Numbered from the stretch's first letter, positions 1-11,618 are shown. The stretch is 64,000 nucleotides of DNA from an uncultured Acidobacteriota bacterium (GCA_963757335.1 CAVWRJ010000017.1:75515-139514); one strand, 5' to 3'. The notes: generated from the sequence alone by a model not told the origin. Numbers and translations: made by a program.

Positions 1-162
1 CAGGAGGGCACCTCCCTCGGCCACCGGGACACCGTCTGCGTCACCCGGAGCCAGGCGGTCGTCCGGCTGGTCAAGGTCGACACCCCGAGCTTTTACGACA
101 ACCTGCGGGCCAAGCTGCGCTGGGGAGGCCTCGCGAGCACCGGGCCGGATCCCTCGACGTGA
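1..162 (+). CDS. nadK: NAD(+) kinase, C-terminal fragment (gene starts before the window)
   Basis: Frame 1 reads QEGTSLGHRDTVCVTRSQAVVRLVKVDTPSFYDNLRAKLRWGG...*. The FYxxLRxKLxWG ending is typical of NAD kinases. The stop overlaps the next GTG (GTGA). Confidence 0.75.
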   Translation, partial: QEGTSLGHRDTVCVTRSQAVVRLVKVDTPSFYDNLRAKLRWGGLASTGPDPST

Positions 163-3100
163 GCCCCGCTGCCCCCGAGCCCCCGCCCGAGACCCGGGAT
201 ACCCCCGAGCCTGCGGCATCCCCACTGCCCCCGGCCTCGCCCCCGCCGGCCGCGCGCCGCCGGCCGGGCCGGGTGCGGCGCTTCCTCGTCCGGCCCTTCG
301 TCTGGTTCTTCGTCCTCCTCGCCGCTCTTCTGGTCGGCCTCTACTATCTGATCGGGAGCCGGCTCGTCCACCAGCGCTTCGCCGACTTCGCGATCACCCA
401 GGCGTCCGACTTCTTCAACCGGCCGGTCAAGGTCGAGAGCATCGACTACAGCCTCTTCCCGCTCGCCGTCGAGCTCCGCGGCCTCGTCATCCCCGGCGCC
501 GCGCCGCGGGAGCCGGCCTTCGCCACGGCGGAGCTGCTGCGCATCCAGATCCCCTGGAGCTACCTGCGCCAGCGGGTGATCCGGCTCGACCAGATCGACG
601 CCGTCCACCCCACCCTCTACCTGGAGTTCCGACCCGACGGCACCAACAATCTCCCCCAGTTCAAGAGCCAGGGGGGCAGCGGCCAGAGCAACTTCCAGCT
701 CCAGATCGGCCGGCTGATCGTCCAGCGCGGCGAGTTTCGGCTGAACCAGCGCAAGGTGACCCTCGACATCTCCGCCCGCTCGATCTGGGGGCGGCTCAAC
801 GGACCGCGCCCGAGCAACCTCGAAGGGATGGCCACCGCCCAGGAGGTCGTCACCTCGCTCCCCAACGGCAAGCCCTACCCGGTGACGGTCTCGGGGAAGG
901 TGACCCTCCTCGCCAGTCGCAGCCTCCTGCGCATCAACGCCGCCCGGGTGACCGGGGCCGATTTGAAGGCGAGCGCCACCGGCTGGGTCGGCTGGCATGG
1001 CCCCACCCGGGTCGAGATCCGGTTCGACGCCGCGGGCGACACCCGGCTGGTCAACCACCTGGGCTACCTGGACGCGCCGATCACCGGCCCCTTCCGGGTC
1101 GCCGGCGGCCGCTTCTCCCTGAATGGCGACGACTGGAGCTTCGCCGGGGCGGCGACCGCGCCGCGGGTGGATTTCCTCGGCCGCACCGCGACCGCGGTCG
1201 CCGGCCGCGCCCGGGGCGACGCCCGGCGGGTGCACGTCGACATCGACCGCGCGACCTACGCCGGCGGCGCGGCCCAGGGGAAAGTCGACGTCGACATCGC
1301 GACGATCCCCAAGGCCGGTCCGCCGGTCGACCTCGATTTCACCTTCCGCGGGGTGTCGATCGCCACCGCTCTCGCGGCGGAGAAGGTGCCGATCCAGGGG
1401 CTCTCCGGGGAGGGGAGCGGCAGTTTTCTCTACCGCTTCAACTCCGGCTCCCCCTTCCTCGGCAGCGGCCGGGCGAACCTCACCCTGGCGGGCTCAGCTG
1501 TCCGGCCAGAATGCGGCGACCGGTCTGCCGGTGAGCGGTACGGTGCCCCTGGTCTTCGAGCGCGGGGTGCTCAAGAGCCCGGCGCTCCAGCTCACCGCCC
1601 CCGGCCAGAGCGCTACCGGCACCCTCTCGGTCGACCTCCCGGCCCGCACCGGCCGCCTCGACTTCCAGCTCGCGAGCGAAGACGCCGGGGCGGTGATGCG
1701 CCTGCTGCCCGCCGATCCCACCCCGGCCACCCCGGCCTTCTGGCGGGTGACCGCCGGCCACGGCCAGGCGACGGGGAGCCTCGGTTTCTCGCCCGCCGGC
1801 CTGGTGATCGACCTCGGTCTCGACCTCGCCGACGTGCGGAGCCCCGATCCGGCGATCGTCGCCGACACCGTGAAGGGCGGTTTGCAGATCGCCCCGCGGG
1901 CGATCGAGAACCTCCACCTCGACCTGACCCGCGGCCGCGGCCGGCTCGCCGTCTCCGGCCGGGTCCCCCTCCCCGGCGACCGTCTGAAGGTCCCGCTCTC
2001 CGACCCGCTCACCCTGGTCGTCGATGCCGCCGGCTGGCCGGCGGCGAGCGTCGCCGCCTATCTCTACCCCGGCCTGCCGGTCGCCATCACCGGCCTGGCG
2101 AGCGGCCGGGTCGACCTCGGCGGCTCGACCGAGAGCCTGACCGGGACCGCCAGCGCCGAGGTCGCCGACCTCGCGGTCTCCGGCTTCCCCCTCGGCCAGG
2201 CGAGGGCCGGGGTGACCTTTGCCGGAACCACGGTGCGGATCGAAAACGGGGTGATCGAGGCCCCGGCCGGCAAGGCGATGGTCGAGGGCAGCTTCGACAC
2301 CGCTGCCAAAACCCTCGCCTTCACTGTCGCCGCCCCGACCCTCTCGCTCACCGCTCCCCCCTTCCGCGATCTCGCCCAGGGCACCGCCGGCAACTTCTCT
2401 TTAGCCGCTACGGTCAACGGCAGCCTCGACCATCCGCAGGTGATGGTCTCGGCCCGCGCCCAGGGCCTGGCGCTCGCCGGTCAGCCGCTGGGGGAGGGGG
2501 GGAAGGCCGAGCTCGTCGCCACCTGGGACGGCGCGGCGGTGCACGCCTCCGGGTCGCTCCTCGGGCTCGTCACCTTCGACGGCGGCGGCCGGCTCGACAC
2601 CCACGCCGCCGAGGTCGCCTTCGGCCTGAAGAGCGACAACCTGCCGGGGCTGGCGCGCCTCGCCGCCCGGCGGCCGCTACCCCCCTTCACCGGTGCCTTC
2701 GACGGCCGGGTGATGGCGACCGCCGACTTCACGGCGAAGACCTTCCGGGCCGAGCTCACCCTGCCGACCCTCACCGCCCAGTACGAGGGGCGGACGATCC
2801 GCAACGTCGAGCCGGTGATCGTCGACCTCGACCCCGACCGGGTCACCCTGCGCTCCCTCGACCTGCGGGAGGCCGAGCACGGGAGCTTCGAGCTCATCGC
2901 CGGCGGCGATATTGGCCTGGCAAAGGGGGGCTTGACCGCCGACCGGCCGCTCAATCTCCACCTCCAGGGCACCGTCTGGGCCGGCTGGGCGAAGGTCTTC
3001 GCCCACGATCTCGACGTCGACGGTTACGTCGATGTCCTGGCGACCGTGCGCGGCACCTTGAAGGACCCGGCGGTGAGCGGCGAGGCGGTGCTCCGGGACG

Positions 3101-4272
3101 CCCGGCTGGTGGTGCCCGGCCTGCCCTCCTCGCTGGAGAAGATCGCCGGAGAGGTGCGCTTCTCGGGCGACCAGGTCGTCGTCGACAATCTCGTCGCCGG
3201 GGATTTCGCGGGGGGGACGGTGCGGGTCTCCGGCAACATGACCCTCCCGGAGCCGGGCAGGCCCCTCTCCTACCGGGCGCAGATCGCCGCCCGGGGGATC
3301 ACTCTGCGCTACCCGGAGGGGTTCGTGAACCATGGCGACGTCGATTTGACGCTCACCCCTTCGGAAGGCGGCCGGCTGCTCCGCGGCACGGTCAACCTCG
3401 ACCGCATCTACTACCTGGAGAACGTGCCGGTCGCCACCCTGGACATCGTCAAGCGGCTCTTCCAGCGGAGCCGGCTGGAGGTGGCGCCGACCAACGGCTT
3501 CCTGGCCTCGACCCAGGTCAACATCGTCGTCGCCGGGCCGGGCGCTCTGCGCGTCCACAACAACGTGGCCGACCTCCACGGCGACGTCAACCTGACTCTC
3601 CGCGGCAACCTCGCCCGGCCGGTCGTCCTCGGGAGCGTCCAGATCGAGCCCGGGGGCAAGCTGGTCTACTCGGACAACGAGTACCGGGTCGAGCGCGGCC
3701 AGCTCACCTTCGACAACGCCTACAGGATCGACCCGGTGATCGACGTCGTGGTGCGGACGAGGGTGCGCGACTTCGACATCACGGTCAACTTCTCGGGCAC
3801 CCTGGAGCGCCTGTCGACCAACTTCTCCTCGAACGCCAACCTGGCGGATCTGGAGATCCTCACGCTCCTCGCCACCGGCCAGGAGCTGAGCGAGGAGGAG
3901 CGGCTGCGGGCGCTCAGCACGCCGCCGGGGCAGACCGCGCTCCTCCCGCAGAACAACATCACCGCCGGCTCCTTCCTCGCCGGCCAGGCGGCCTCCGCCA
4001 TCGGCCAGCGGGTGGGCAGCCTCTTCGGCTTCGACCGCTTCCGGATCAACCCGATCGCCGCCGAGACCGGCCAGTCGGTGGGAGGGGTCGGGGTCACGGT
4101 CGGCAAGCGGCTGTCGAAGGACGTCTTCGTCACCTACTCGACCGACCCCACGGCGAGCCGGCAGAACGTCCTCCAGGTCGAATGGCGGGTGGCGAGCAAC
4201 GTCACCCTCCTCTTGACCCAGACCACCAACAAGGGCTACGCCGTCGACGCGCGCTGGGAGAGGCGCTTCTGA
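159..4272 (+). CDS. tamB: Translocation and assembly module TamB (AsmA-like), split by an apparent frameshift near 1495
   Basis: N-terminal TM anchor and beta-rich AsmA-like sequence in ORF 159 up to about 1495, continuing in ORF 1123..4272. The C-terminus is DUF490-like (GKRLSKDVFVTYS...WERRF). It sits directly upstream of an Omp85 gene. Confidence 0.85.
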
Positions 4273-7136
4273 GCCGCGCTCGTGCCGGCTATCCGGCCGG
4301 GCTCTTCTGCCTGCTGCTCGCGGCGGTCCCCCTGCTGGGAGCGGTGCCGGCCCGCGCCGCTCCTCCCGCTCTCCCCGCTCTCCCCGCTCTCCCCGCCGCT
4401 GCTCCCGTCGTCGCCGCGATCGAGGTGCGGAGCGACGCGCCGCAGGGCGACGATCGCGAATTCGAGGCGCTCTTGGACATCGCGGTCGGCCAGCCGCTCA
4501 CCGACCTCCATGTCCGGCGCACCCTGCGGAACCTCCAGGCGAGCGGGCGCGGCACCGAGGTCGAGGTCTACACCCGGCCGGCGCCTTCAGGGGGCGTCGT
4601 GGTGGTCGTCGTCCTCCGCGCCGCCGTGCAGGTCGACTCTGTTCAGGTGGCGGCCAGCGTTGGCGGCCAGCTCGGCCTGCGCCGAGAGGAGCTCGCCGAC
4701 GCCTTGACCCAGCGCGGCGGCCAGCCGCTTTCGGAAGACCAGGTGCTCGCCGGGTTCTACAACCTGGAGAAGCTCTACGAGGAGCGCGGCTACTTCGACG
4801 CCAAGGTGCATCCGGAGGTCGCCGTCGATCCGGCGACCCGGCGGGCGACGGTCACCTACGTCGTCGACAGCGGCCCGCAATCGGTCGTCGGCGACATCGT
4901 CTTCGACGGGACGATCGCCCCTTTCTCCGCCCAGGACCTCCTCCGCGAGCTGACGGTCAAGGCCGGCGCCGGCTACACGAAGAGCGCGGCCGACAGCAGC
5001 GACGACCGTCTGCAGGGCTGGCTCATATCCCAGCACTACAACCTGGCGACGGTGAAGACGCCGCGGGTCGACCGCGAGCCGGGCAACCGGGTGCGCCTCA
5101 CCTATCCCATCGACGTCGGCCCCAAGCTGGAGGTCCAGGTGAAGGGGGCGGACTTCGACAAGCTGAAGAAAAACGGCCTCCTCCCCTTCCTCGGCAGCGA
5201 GGGCTACGACGAGGCCCTGGTGCAGCAGGCGAAGGGGCGGATCAAGGACTTCTACCAGAAGGACGGCTACTACCACGTCCAGGTCGACTCGGTGGAGACC
5301 CGGGCGGGCGGGGTCGCGGTCCTCACGATCACCTTCAAGCCGGGCGCGCAGTATGTCCTCGAAAACGTCAACTTCACCGGCAACCAGGGGGTCTCCGACC
5401 GCGAGCTCGGCCAGCACGTGGAGCTCTCGGCCAAGAAGCTCCTCGCCCTGGGGAGCGGCCGGCTGGTCCAGTCCGTGCTCGACCAGGACCTGGACAACCT
5501 GCGCGCCTACTACGCCAGCCAGGGCTACATCGAGGCCAAGGTCGGCCTGCCGCGGGTCGACGAGAAGGGCGACCGCCTGCGCTTGACCATCCCCATCGTC
5601 GAGGGGCCGCGGGAGCAGGTGGGGGAGATGAAGTTCGAGGGCATCGACGCCCTGAAGCTCGATCCCTTGAAAGCGGAGCTGCCGCTCCACGCCGGTGGCC
5701 CCTTCCATCCCGCCCTTCTGGACCAGACCCTGGACGCCATCCGCTCGGCCTACGACGACCGCGGTTTCGACGCCACCCAGGTCTCGGCGACGACCGCCTG
5801 GAACCCGGCCCACACGAGGGTCGACCTCACGGTCTCCGTCGTCGAGGGGCCGCAGGCGCGGGTCGACCGGATCATCGTGCGCGGCAACCAGCACACGAAG
5901 ACCGAGGTCATCGAGCGCACCGTGGGCCTGAAGCCCGGTCAGGAGGTCTCCCGGAGCCGCCTGCTCGAGGCCGAGCGCAGCCTCTACCGGCTGGGGATCT
6001 TCTCGCGGGTGAACGTCGACTTGACCCGCGCCGGTCTCGGGGTCTCGGGCCGGGACGTGGTGATCCGGGTCGAGGAGGGCAAGTCGAAGACGCTGACCTA
6101 CGGTCTCGGCTACGCCACCGACGAGGGGGTCCGCGCCACCGTCGGCTACACCTACGGCAACGTCGCCGGCCGCGCCTACAGCCTGTCGAGCGACTTCCGC
6201 TTCTCCGAGCGCCAGGACCGGATCGCCCGCATCCTCTTCGACCAGCCGACCTTCTTCCGCTACGCGCTGCCGGTCACCTCGTCGCTCTTCTACATCGTCT
6301 CCGAGGACGTGAACCGTGGCTTCGTGGTGACCAAGTACGGGGCGCGGACCCAGGCGACCAAGGTGATCGGCGCCTGGCACTACAGCCTGGGCTTCGACTA
6401 CCGGGTGGACAAGGTGAAGCTGGGGACGGGGGTCGGTTTGAACAACCTGGAGCGCCGGGACCGGCCCTACCGCATCGCGAGCGTCATCCCGAGCGTCCTC
6501 CTGGACCGCCGCGACGACCCGCTGCTGCCGACCCGCGGCTGGAGCACGCTCTTCCAGCCCCAGCTCTCGCTCCCGGTTTTAGGCTCGGAGGCCAGGTTCC
6601 TGAAGCTCTTCGGCCAGCAGACGGAGCTCGTCAACCTCGGCCGGCCCGGGGTGCTCGCGGCAAGCCTGCGGCTGGGGGCGATCGAGCCCTTCCGCACCCT
6701 CCCCACCTCCGACCCCAACGTCATCGGGCTGCCATCGAGCAACGTCTTCGTCGACGAGCGCTTCTTCGCCGGCGGCTCGACGACCCACCGGGCCTACAGC
6801 CTGGATCTTCTGGGGATTCCCGGCAGGACCCTGTTCACCGTCCCCGGCCAGAAGGACTATTCACCGGTCGGCGGCAACGGCCTCCTGCTCGTCAACCTCG
6901 ACTACCGCTTCCCCATCGCCGGCACCTTCGGCGGCACGCTCTTTTACGACACCGGCAACGTCTGGGCCGACTGGCGGGACATCAAGCTCCGCGACCTCAA
7001 GCCCGGGGTGGGGATCGGCGCGCGCTACCTCTCGCCCATCGGCCCCATCCGCGTCGATCTCGGCTGGAAGCTCCGGAGGGATCGCCGCGAGAACGCCTCG
7101 CCGGTGATCTCGTTCTCGTTCGGGAATCCGTTCTAA
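4269..7136 (+). CDS. Omp85-family outer membrane assembly factor (TamA/BamA-like) with several POTRA domains
   Basis: Signal peptide (LFCLLLAAVPLLGAVPARA), POTRA repeats (IIVRGNQHTKTEVIER), ERFFAGGSTTHRAY loop and YLSPIGPIRVDLG...FSFGNPF barrel end. The probable start is a CTG overlapping the tamB TGA. Confidence 0.88.
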   Translation: MSRARAGYPAGLFCLLLAAVPLLGAVPARAAPPALPALPALPAAAPVVAAIEVRSDAPQGDDREFEALLDIAVGQPLTDLHVRRTLRNLQASGRGTEVEVYTRPAPSGGVVVVVVLRAAVQVDSVQVAASVGGQLGLRREELADALTQRGGQPLSEDQVLAGFYNLEKLYEERGYFDAKVHPEVAVDPATRRATVTYVVDSGPQSVVGDIVFDGTIAPFSAQDLLRELTVKAGAGYTKSAADSSDDRLQGWLISQHYNLATVKTPRVDREPGNRVRLTYPIDVGPKLEVQVKGADFDKLKKNGLLPFLGSEGYDEALVQQAKGRIKDFYQKDGYYHVQVDSVETRAGGVAVLTITFKPGAQYVLENVNFTGNQGVSDRELGQHVELSAKKLLALGSGRLVQSVLDQDLDNLRAYYASQGYIEAKVGLPRVDEKGDRLRLTIPIVEGPREQVGEMKFEGIDALKLDPLKAELPLHAGGPFHPALLDQTLDAIRSAYDDRGFDATQVSATTAWNPAHTRVDLTVSVVEGPQARVDRIIVRGNQHTKTEVIERTVGLKPGQEVSRSRLLEAERSLYRLGIFSRVNVDLTRAGLGVSGRDVVIRVEEGKSKTLTYGLGYATDEGVRATVGYTYGNVAGRAYSLSSDFRFSERQDRIARILFDQPTFFRYALPVTSSLFYIVSEDVNRGFVVTKYGARTQATKVIGAWHYSLGFDYRVDKVKLGTGVGLNNLERRDRPYRIASVIPSVLLDRRDDPLLPTRGWSTLFQPQLSLPVLGSEARFLKLFGQQTELVNLGRPGVLAASLRLGAIEPFRTLPTSDPNVIGLPSSNVFVDERFFAGGSTTHRAYSLDLLGIPGRTLFTVPGQKDYSPVGGNGLLLVNLDYRFPIAGTFGGTLFYDTGNVWADWRDIKLRDLKPGVGIGARYLSPIGPIRVDLGWKLRRDRRENASPVISFSFGNPF

Positions 7137-7144
7137 CGGTGCGG

Positions 7145-7780
7145 TCAGTGGACCGGCGGCACCGGGCCGGAACCGCGCTGGAAGTGCTCCGTGGTCTCGG
7201 CCAGGATGATCCCGAGCTTGCGGATGACGACCCGGTTGATCATCGTCTCGCCGTCGGCAGCCAGGTACATCCAGAGCTCGAAGTGGACGTTCGCCAGGCG
7301 GTTTCCGGGTCGGAGGGCGACCGTGTACTTCCAATGGAAGGTGTTTCCGAACGCCTGGCCGACGGAGACCCCGACGACATCGTTCGCGGTGGCTTCATAG
7401 CGGTGGTCGTCGATCCGGCGCAGGCGCCAGACCCGCTGCTGCTTACGCCCGTCCTCGAAGGTGAAGTCCTGGGTGATGACGAGGTCCTGGCCGTCCCGGA
7501 CCCCCATCATCTCCGTCCGGAAGCGGCTCTTCGGCTTCCCGGAGCGGCTCTCCATGACCCCCCAGGAGCGGGTGGGGCCCGCGAAAAACTTGTCCGGCTC
7601 GAAGCGTGGGATGCTGCCGGCGAAGCTCTCCGGCTTCAGGGTATGGCAGCCGATGGCGAGGAGGCAGAGCGCGAGCCAGAGCGGCGCTCGCGAGGGTATG
7701 GACGTTCGACCGTATGGGCATTCGAGATCCGCCTTTCGGGGAGGGGATTTTGCCGACTCAACCGAGATCCGGCACGGCAT
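7145..7780 (-). CDS. DUF3833-like lipoprotein (true start probably later than 7780)
   Basis: Lipobox-like LLAIGC, FEPDKFFAGPTRSWG, QRVWRLRR, C-terminal MINRVVIRKLGI. Confidence 0.7.
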   Translation of the reverse strand: MPCRISVESAKSPPRKADLECPYGRTSIPSRAPLWLALCLLAIGCHTLKPESFAGSIPRFEPDKFFAGPTRSWGVMESRSGKPKSRFRTEMMGVRDGQDLVITQDFTFEDGRKQQRVWRLRRIDDHRYEATANDVVGVSVGQAFGNTFHWKYTVALRPGNRLANVHFELWMYLAADGETMINRVVIRKLGIILAETTEHFQRGSGPVPPVH

Positions 7781-7861
7781 GCAGGGCAGCTACTGCTGGG
7801 TAGCTACTGCAAAGGCCGAACCATGGATTTGCTTAACTCCAGCATCTGCTTGAAGCGGAGT

Positions 7862-7890
7862 TTGACCCTCCCTCCCCCCTCGGGTACGAT
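7862..7890 (+). promoter_or_regulatory. Sigma70-type promoter for the ABC transporter operon
   Basis: TTGACC-17 bp-TACGAT ending 14 bp before ATG 7905. Confidence 0.55.
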
Positions 7891-7904
7891 CCCCATCGCC
7901 CCCT

Positions 7905-9581
7905 ATGACCTTCCCCTCTCCCGCTCATCGCCGCCGGGTGCGGCTCCTGTCCTTCGGTTGCCTCGCCGTAGCGCTCGCCGCGTCGCTCGTCGTGGCGGGC
8001 TGCCGGGGCGGCACGGAGGGGAAGGCCGGCAAGAGCGCCGACAGCGGGAAGCCCCGGCGGGGGGGCACGGCGGTGATCGGCTGGACGACCGACATCAAGG
8101 GGATCAACGAGCTGAGCGCCCCGACCAGCAACCTGAACGACGAGGTGCTCTTCCGGGTCTTCCTCCACCTGCTCGAAGAGCAGCCGGATTTCGAGCAGCA
8201 CCCGCCGACGATGAAGCCGCAGCTCGCCAGGTCCTACGACTGGTCTCCCGACCACAAGACCCTCACCTTTCACCTCCGCGACGACGTCGTCTGGAGCGAC
8301 GGCGTGCCGGTGACCGCCGAGGACGTGCGCTGGACCTGGCAGGCCCAGATCGACAAGAACGTGGGCTGGGACGCCTCCTACATGAAGGTGGCGATCACCG
8401 ATGTCGAGGTCGTCGATCCGCATACGGCGCGCTTCCACTTCTCCCGCGCCTACGCCAAGCAGCTGCTCGACGCCAACGAAGGGATGATCCTCCCCAAGCA
8501 CGCCTGGGGCGAGCTCCCCTTCGACCAGTGGCGGACCCACGCCGACTGGTTCCGGCAGCATGTGGTGGTCGACGGCCCCTTTACGATCGCGTCGTGGACG
8601 CCGCAGCAGGAGCTGGTCCTGGCGCGAAATCCCCGCTACTACGACCGCTCCCGGCCCTACCTCGACAAGGTGGTCATCCGGGTGGTGCCCGACCAGGGTA
8701 GCCTCTCGACCCAGTTCTTCTCGGGGACCATCGACTTCATGCACCAGGTCTCGCCGGGAGACGCCGACCGGATCAAGCAGGATCCGCGTTTGGAGCTCAT
8801 CGCCTACTGGTACCGGCTGGTCGTCGCCGTGGCCTGGAACAACCAGCGGCCGCCGTTCGACGATCCCGAGGTCCGCCGGGCCCTGACCCTGGGCATCGAC
8901 CGCAAGACGATCGTCGAGACCCTCTTCGGTCCCTATGGCCGGGTCGCCACCTCGCCGTACGTCGGCCAGGTCTGGGCTCACGACAACGCCCTCACCCCTC
9001 TGCCCTACAATCCGGCGGCGGCGCGCCGCATCCTGGCCGCCCGGGGTTTTAGGGACAGCGACGGCGACGGCGTCCTCGACCGGAACGGCAAGCCCTTCGC
9101 CTTCGAGCTGATGAGCAACGCCGGCAACCGGCAGCGCAACGACGCGGCGGTGATGGTCCAGGATCAACTCAAGAAGATCGGCGTCCGCGCCCAGCCGCGG
9201 GTGGTCGAGTTCAACAGCATGGTGAGCCAGTTGAACGCCGGCGACTACGACGCCACGATCGCCGGTATGGCGATGGACACCAGCCTCGACCTGACCGGCA
9301 ACTTCGCCTCGCCGTCGATCAAGGAGGGCAGCAACTACGCCCGCTACAGCAACCCCGAGATCGACCGCCTGATCACCCAGGCCATGGCCCGGCCCGACAT
9401 CGTCGACTCCCGGGCCGACCTCCTCCACATCCAGGAGATCCTCTACCGGGATCAGCCCTACACCCTGCTCTGGGAGTCGCAGCGGCTGAACGGTATCAAC
9501 CGCCGGCTGCACGGCGCCAAACCCAACGTCCTGTTCTCGTTCTTCCATCTCGAGGACTGGTGGGTCGAGCCGGGGCGGTGA
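7905..9581 (+). CDS. Peptide/nickel ABC transporter substrate-binding lipoprotein (family 5)
   Basis: Lipobox VVAGC; LARSYDWSPDHKTLTFHLRDDVVWSDGVPVTAEDV SBP_bac_5 signature. Confidence 0.93.
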   Translation: MTFPSPAHRRRVRLLSFGCLAVALAASLVVAGCRGGTEGKAGKSADSGKPRRGGTAVIGWTTDIKGINELSAPTSNLNDEVLFRVFLHLLEEQPDFEQHPPTMKPQLARSYDWSPDHKTLTFHLRDDVVWSDGVPVTAEDVRWTWQAQIDKNVGWDASYMKVAITDVEVVDPHTARFHFSRAYAKQLLDANEGMILPKHAWGELPFDQWRTHADWFRQHVVVDGPFTIASWTPQQELVLARNPRYYDRSRPYLDKVVIRVVPDQGSLSTQFFSGTIDFMHQVSPGDADRIKQDPRLELIAYWYRLVVAVAWNNQRPPFDDPEVRRALTLGIDRKTIVETLFGPYGRVATSPYVGQVWAHDNALTPLPYNPAAARRILAARGFRDSDGDGVLDRNGKPFAFELMSNAGNRQRNDAAVMVQDQLKKIGVRAQPRVVEFNSMVSQLNAGDYDATIAGMAMDTSLDLTGNFASPSIKEGSNYARYSNPEIDRLITQAMARPDIVDSRADLLHIQEILYRDQPYTLLWESQRLNGINRRLHGAKPNVLFSFFHLEDWWVEPGR

Positions 9582-9609
9582 TCCCGATCGGTCCGGGGCG
9601 GTTCCCGCC

Positions 9610-10578
9610 ATGGCAAAGTTCCTGATCCGGCGGCTCGCCGCCGCGCTGCTGCTCCTCCTCCTCGTCCTCACCATCACTTTCTTCCTCGTTCACGTCGCTC
9701 CGGGCGACCCGGTGTCGCTCTTCGAGGACAAGAACATGACGGCGGAGCAGCACGCCTACCTGCTCCATCTCTATGGCCTCGACCGGCCGCTCCCGGTGCA
9801 GTACCTCGACTGGCTCCGGGCGGTCGCCCTCCACGGCGACTGGGGGATCTCGTTTTCCGCCCAGCGCCCGGTGGCCGCGCTCCTCGCCGAGGCCCTCCCG
9901 CCCACCCTCCTCCTCGCCAGCGCGGCGCTCGTCGTCCAGTACGGGCTCGGGCTCCTCCTCGGGGTGGCGGCGGCGCGGCGCCCGGGGACCGCCACCGACC
10001 ACCTGATCCGCTTCTTCTCCCTCCTCTTCTATTCGCAGCCGGTTTTCTGGCTCGGGTTGATGGCGGTCCTCCTCTTCTCTCTCGCCTTCCCGATCCTGCC
10101 GGCCTCCCACATGCGCTCGGTGGGCGCGGCGGAGATGGGGACCGCGGCGCGCCTCGTCGACCTCGCCCGGCATATGGTCCTCCCCGTCCTCGTGATCGGT
10201 CTCCACGGCGCGGCGCAGAGCACCCGCTTCGTCCGCGGCAGCCTGCTCGAGGTGCTCTCCCGGGAGTACATCACCGCGGCGCGCGCCCAGGGGCTCTCCG
10301 AGCGCCGAGTGGTCTGGGTGCACGGGTTGCGCAACGCCCTCCTCCCCCTGATCCAGGTCTTCTCCCTGTCGCTCTCCGGCCTCCTCTCGGGCTCGCTCCT
10401 CACCGAGGTGGTCTTCGCCTGGCCCGGGGTCGGCCGGCTCAACTTCGACGCCATTCTCGCCCGCGACTACCCGGTGGTCCTCGCCACCACCGCCCTCTCG
10501 GCGCTCCTCGTCGTCGCCGGCAACCTCCTGGCCGACCTCCTCCAGGGCTGGGCCGACCCCCGGCTGCGCCATGCCTAG
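9610..10578 (+). CDS. Peptide ABC transporter permease (DppB/OppB-like)
   Basis: APGDP, GLDRPLPVQY, EYITAARAQGLSERRV (EAA loop), RDYPVV. Confidence 0.93.
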   Translation: MAKFLIRRLAAALLLLLLVLTITFFLVHVAPGDPVSLFEDKNMTAEQHAYLLHLYGLDRPLPVQYLDWLRAVALHGDWGISFSAQRPVAALLAEALPPTLLLASAALVVQYGLGLLLGVAAARRPGTATDHLIRFFSLLFYSQPVFWLGLMAVLLFSLAFPILPASHMRSVGAAEMGTAARLVDLARHMVLPVLVIGLHGAAQSTRFVRGSLLEVLSREYITAARAQGLSERRVVWVHGLRNALLPLIQVFSLSLSGLLSGSLLTEVVFAWPGVGRLNFDAILARDYPVVLATTALSALLVVAGNLLADLLQGWADPRLRHA

Positions 10579-10583
10579 CCGCC

Positions 10584-11618
10584 ATGCCTAGTTCGGGCCT
10601 CCTCCTCGCCGGCGCGCTCCTGGTCGGCGGCCTGGTGCTCGTCGCCCTGGCCGCCCCCCTCCTCGCGCCTTACGATCCGGACGAGCAACTCGATGCCGCG
10701 GTCTCCCACGGGCGCCCGCCGGGGACCGGGCTGGCCGCCATCCATCTCGCGGACGGCAGCTGGCAGCTCGCCGAGAGCGCCGTTCGGACTCCCGCCGGGC
10801 TCGTGGTGAGCCGCCTGGGAAGCGTCGAGACCCTCGCCCCGGCCGCGGTGCGGAACCTGACCGCCACCGGGGTCGCCGATCGCCGCCGCTTCCTCCTCGG
10901 CAGCGACCGTTTCGGGCGGGACGTCCTCTCGCGGGTGCTCTACGGCGCCCGGGTGTCTCTAGCCGTCGGCTTCGTCGCGGTGCTCCTCGCCGTGACCCTC
11001 GGGCTTGCGGTGGGCTCCGCGGCGGCTCTCGGGGGACCCTGGGCCGACGCCGCGCTGATGCGGACGGTCGACGCCCTCCTCGCCTTCCCCTGGCTCTTCC
11101 TCCTGATCCTCCTCGCCGCCCTCTTCCGCCCGGCGGGGGTGTTCGTCGTCCTCTTCCTGGGCGCCACGAGCTGGATGGAGGTGAGCCGCCTGGCGCGCGC
11201 CGAGATCCTCTCGCTCCGGGAGCGCGAGTTCGTGCTCGCCGCCCGCGCCATCGGGGCGCGGCCGCTTTCGATCCTCTGGCACCACCTGCTGCCCAACGCG
11301 CTCACCCCGGTCCTCGTCCAGGCCACCCTCCTCCTCGGGAACCTCATCCTCGTCGAGTCCTCCCTCTCCTTCCTGGGCCTGGGGATCGTGCCGCCCACCC
11401 CGAGCTGGGGGAACATGATCGCCGACGGCAGCGACACCCTCGCCACCACCTGGTGGGTGGCGGTCTTCCCGGGGGCGGCGATCGCGCTCACCGTGCTCGC
11501 GGTGAATCTCCTCGGCGAGGGGCTCCGCGATGCCCTCGACCCGCGCCGCCGGCGGCGGGGCCGGGCGGCCGCCGCCGTAGCGGATCTGCCCGATGGGACC
11601 GACCCGGCGCGGTGGTAA
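10584..11618 (+). CDS. Peptide ABC transporter permease (DppC/OppC-like)
   Basis: LLGSDRFGRDVLSRVLYGARVSL, EFVLAARAIGA, PTPSWGNMI, LRDALDPR. Confidence 0.93.
   Translation: MPSSGLLLAGALLVGGLVLVALAAPLLAPYDPDEQLDAAVSHGRPPGTGLAAIHLADGSWQLAESAVRTPAGLVVSRLGSVETLAPAAVRNLTATGVADRRRFLLGSDRFGRDVLSRVLYGARVSLAVGFVAVLLAVTLGLAVGSAAALGGPWADAALMRTVDALLAFPWLFLLILLAALFRPAGVFVVLFLGATSWMEVSRLARAEILSLREREFVLAARAIGARPLSILWHHLLPNALTPVLVQATLLLGNLILVESSLSFLGLGIVPPTPSWGNMIADGSDTLATTWWVAVFPGAAIALTVLAVNLLGEGLRDALDPRRRRRGRAAAAVADLPDGTDPARW

Noticed and set aside
159-7136. 2325-aa TamB-TamA fusion ORF
   Set aside because: The middle is off-frame Arg/Pro/Gly-rich nonsense. Real TamB continues in ORF 1123..4272 after a frameshift and has its own stop; the Omp85 gene has its own signal peptide.
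10567-10592. 13-bp tandem duplication (CGCCATGCCTAG) at the permease junction
   Set aside because: A small slippage duplication of a stop/start overlap; both genes stay intact.
7905-11618. ABC operon lacking ATPase genes as a novelty
   Set aside because: Peptide ABC ATPases are often encoded elsewhere; this cannot be judged from one window.
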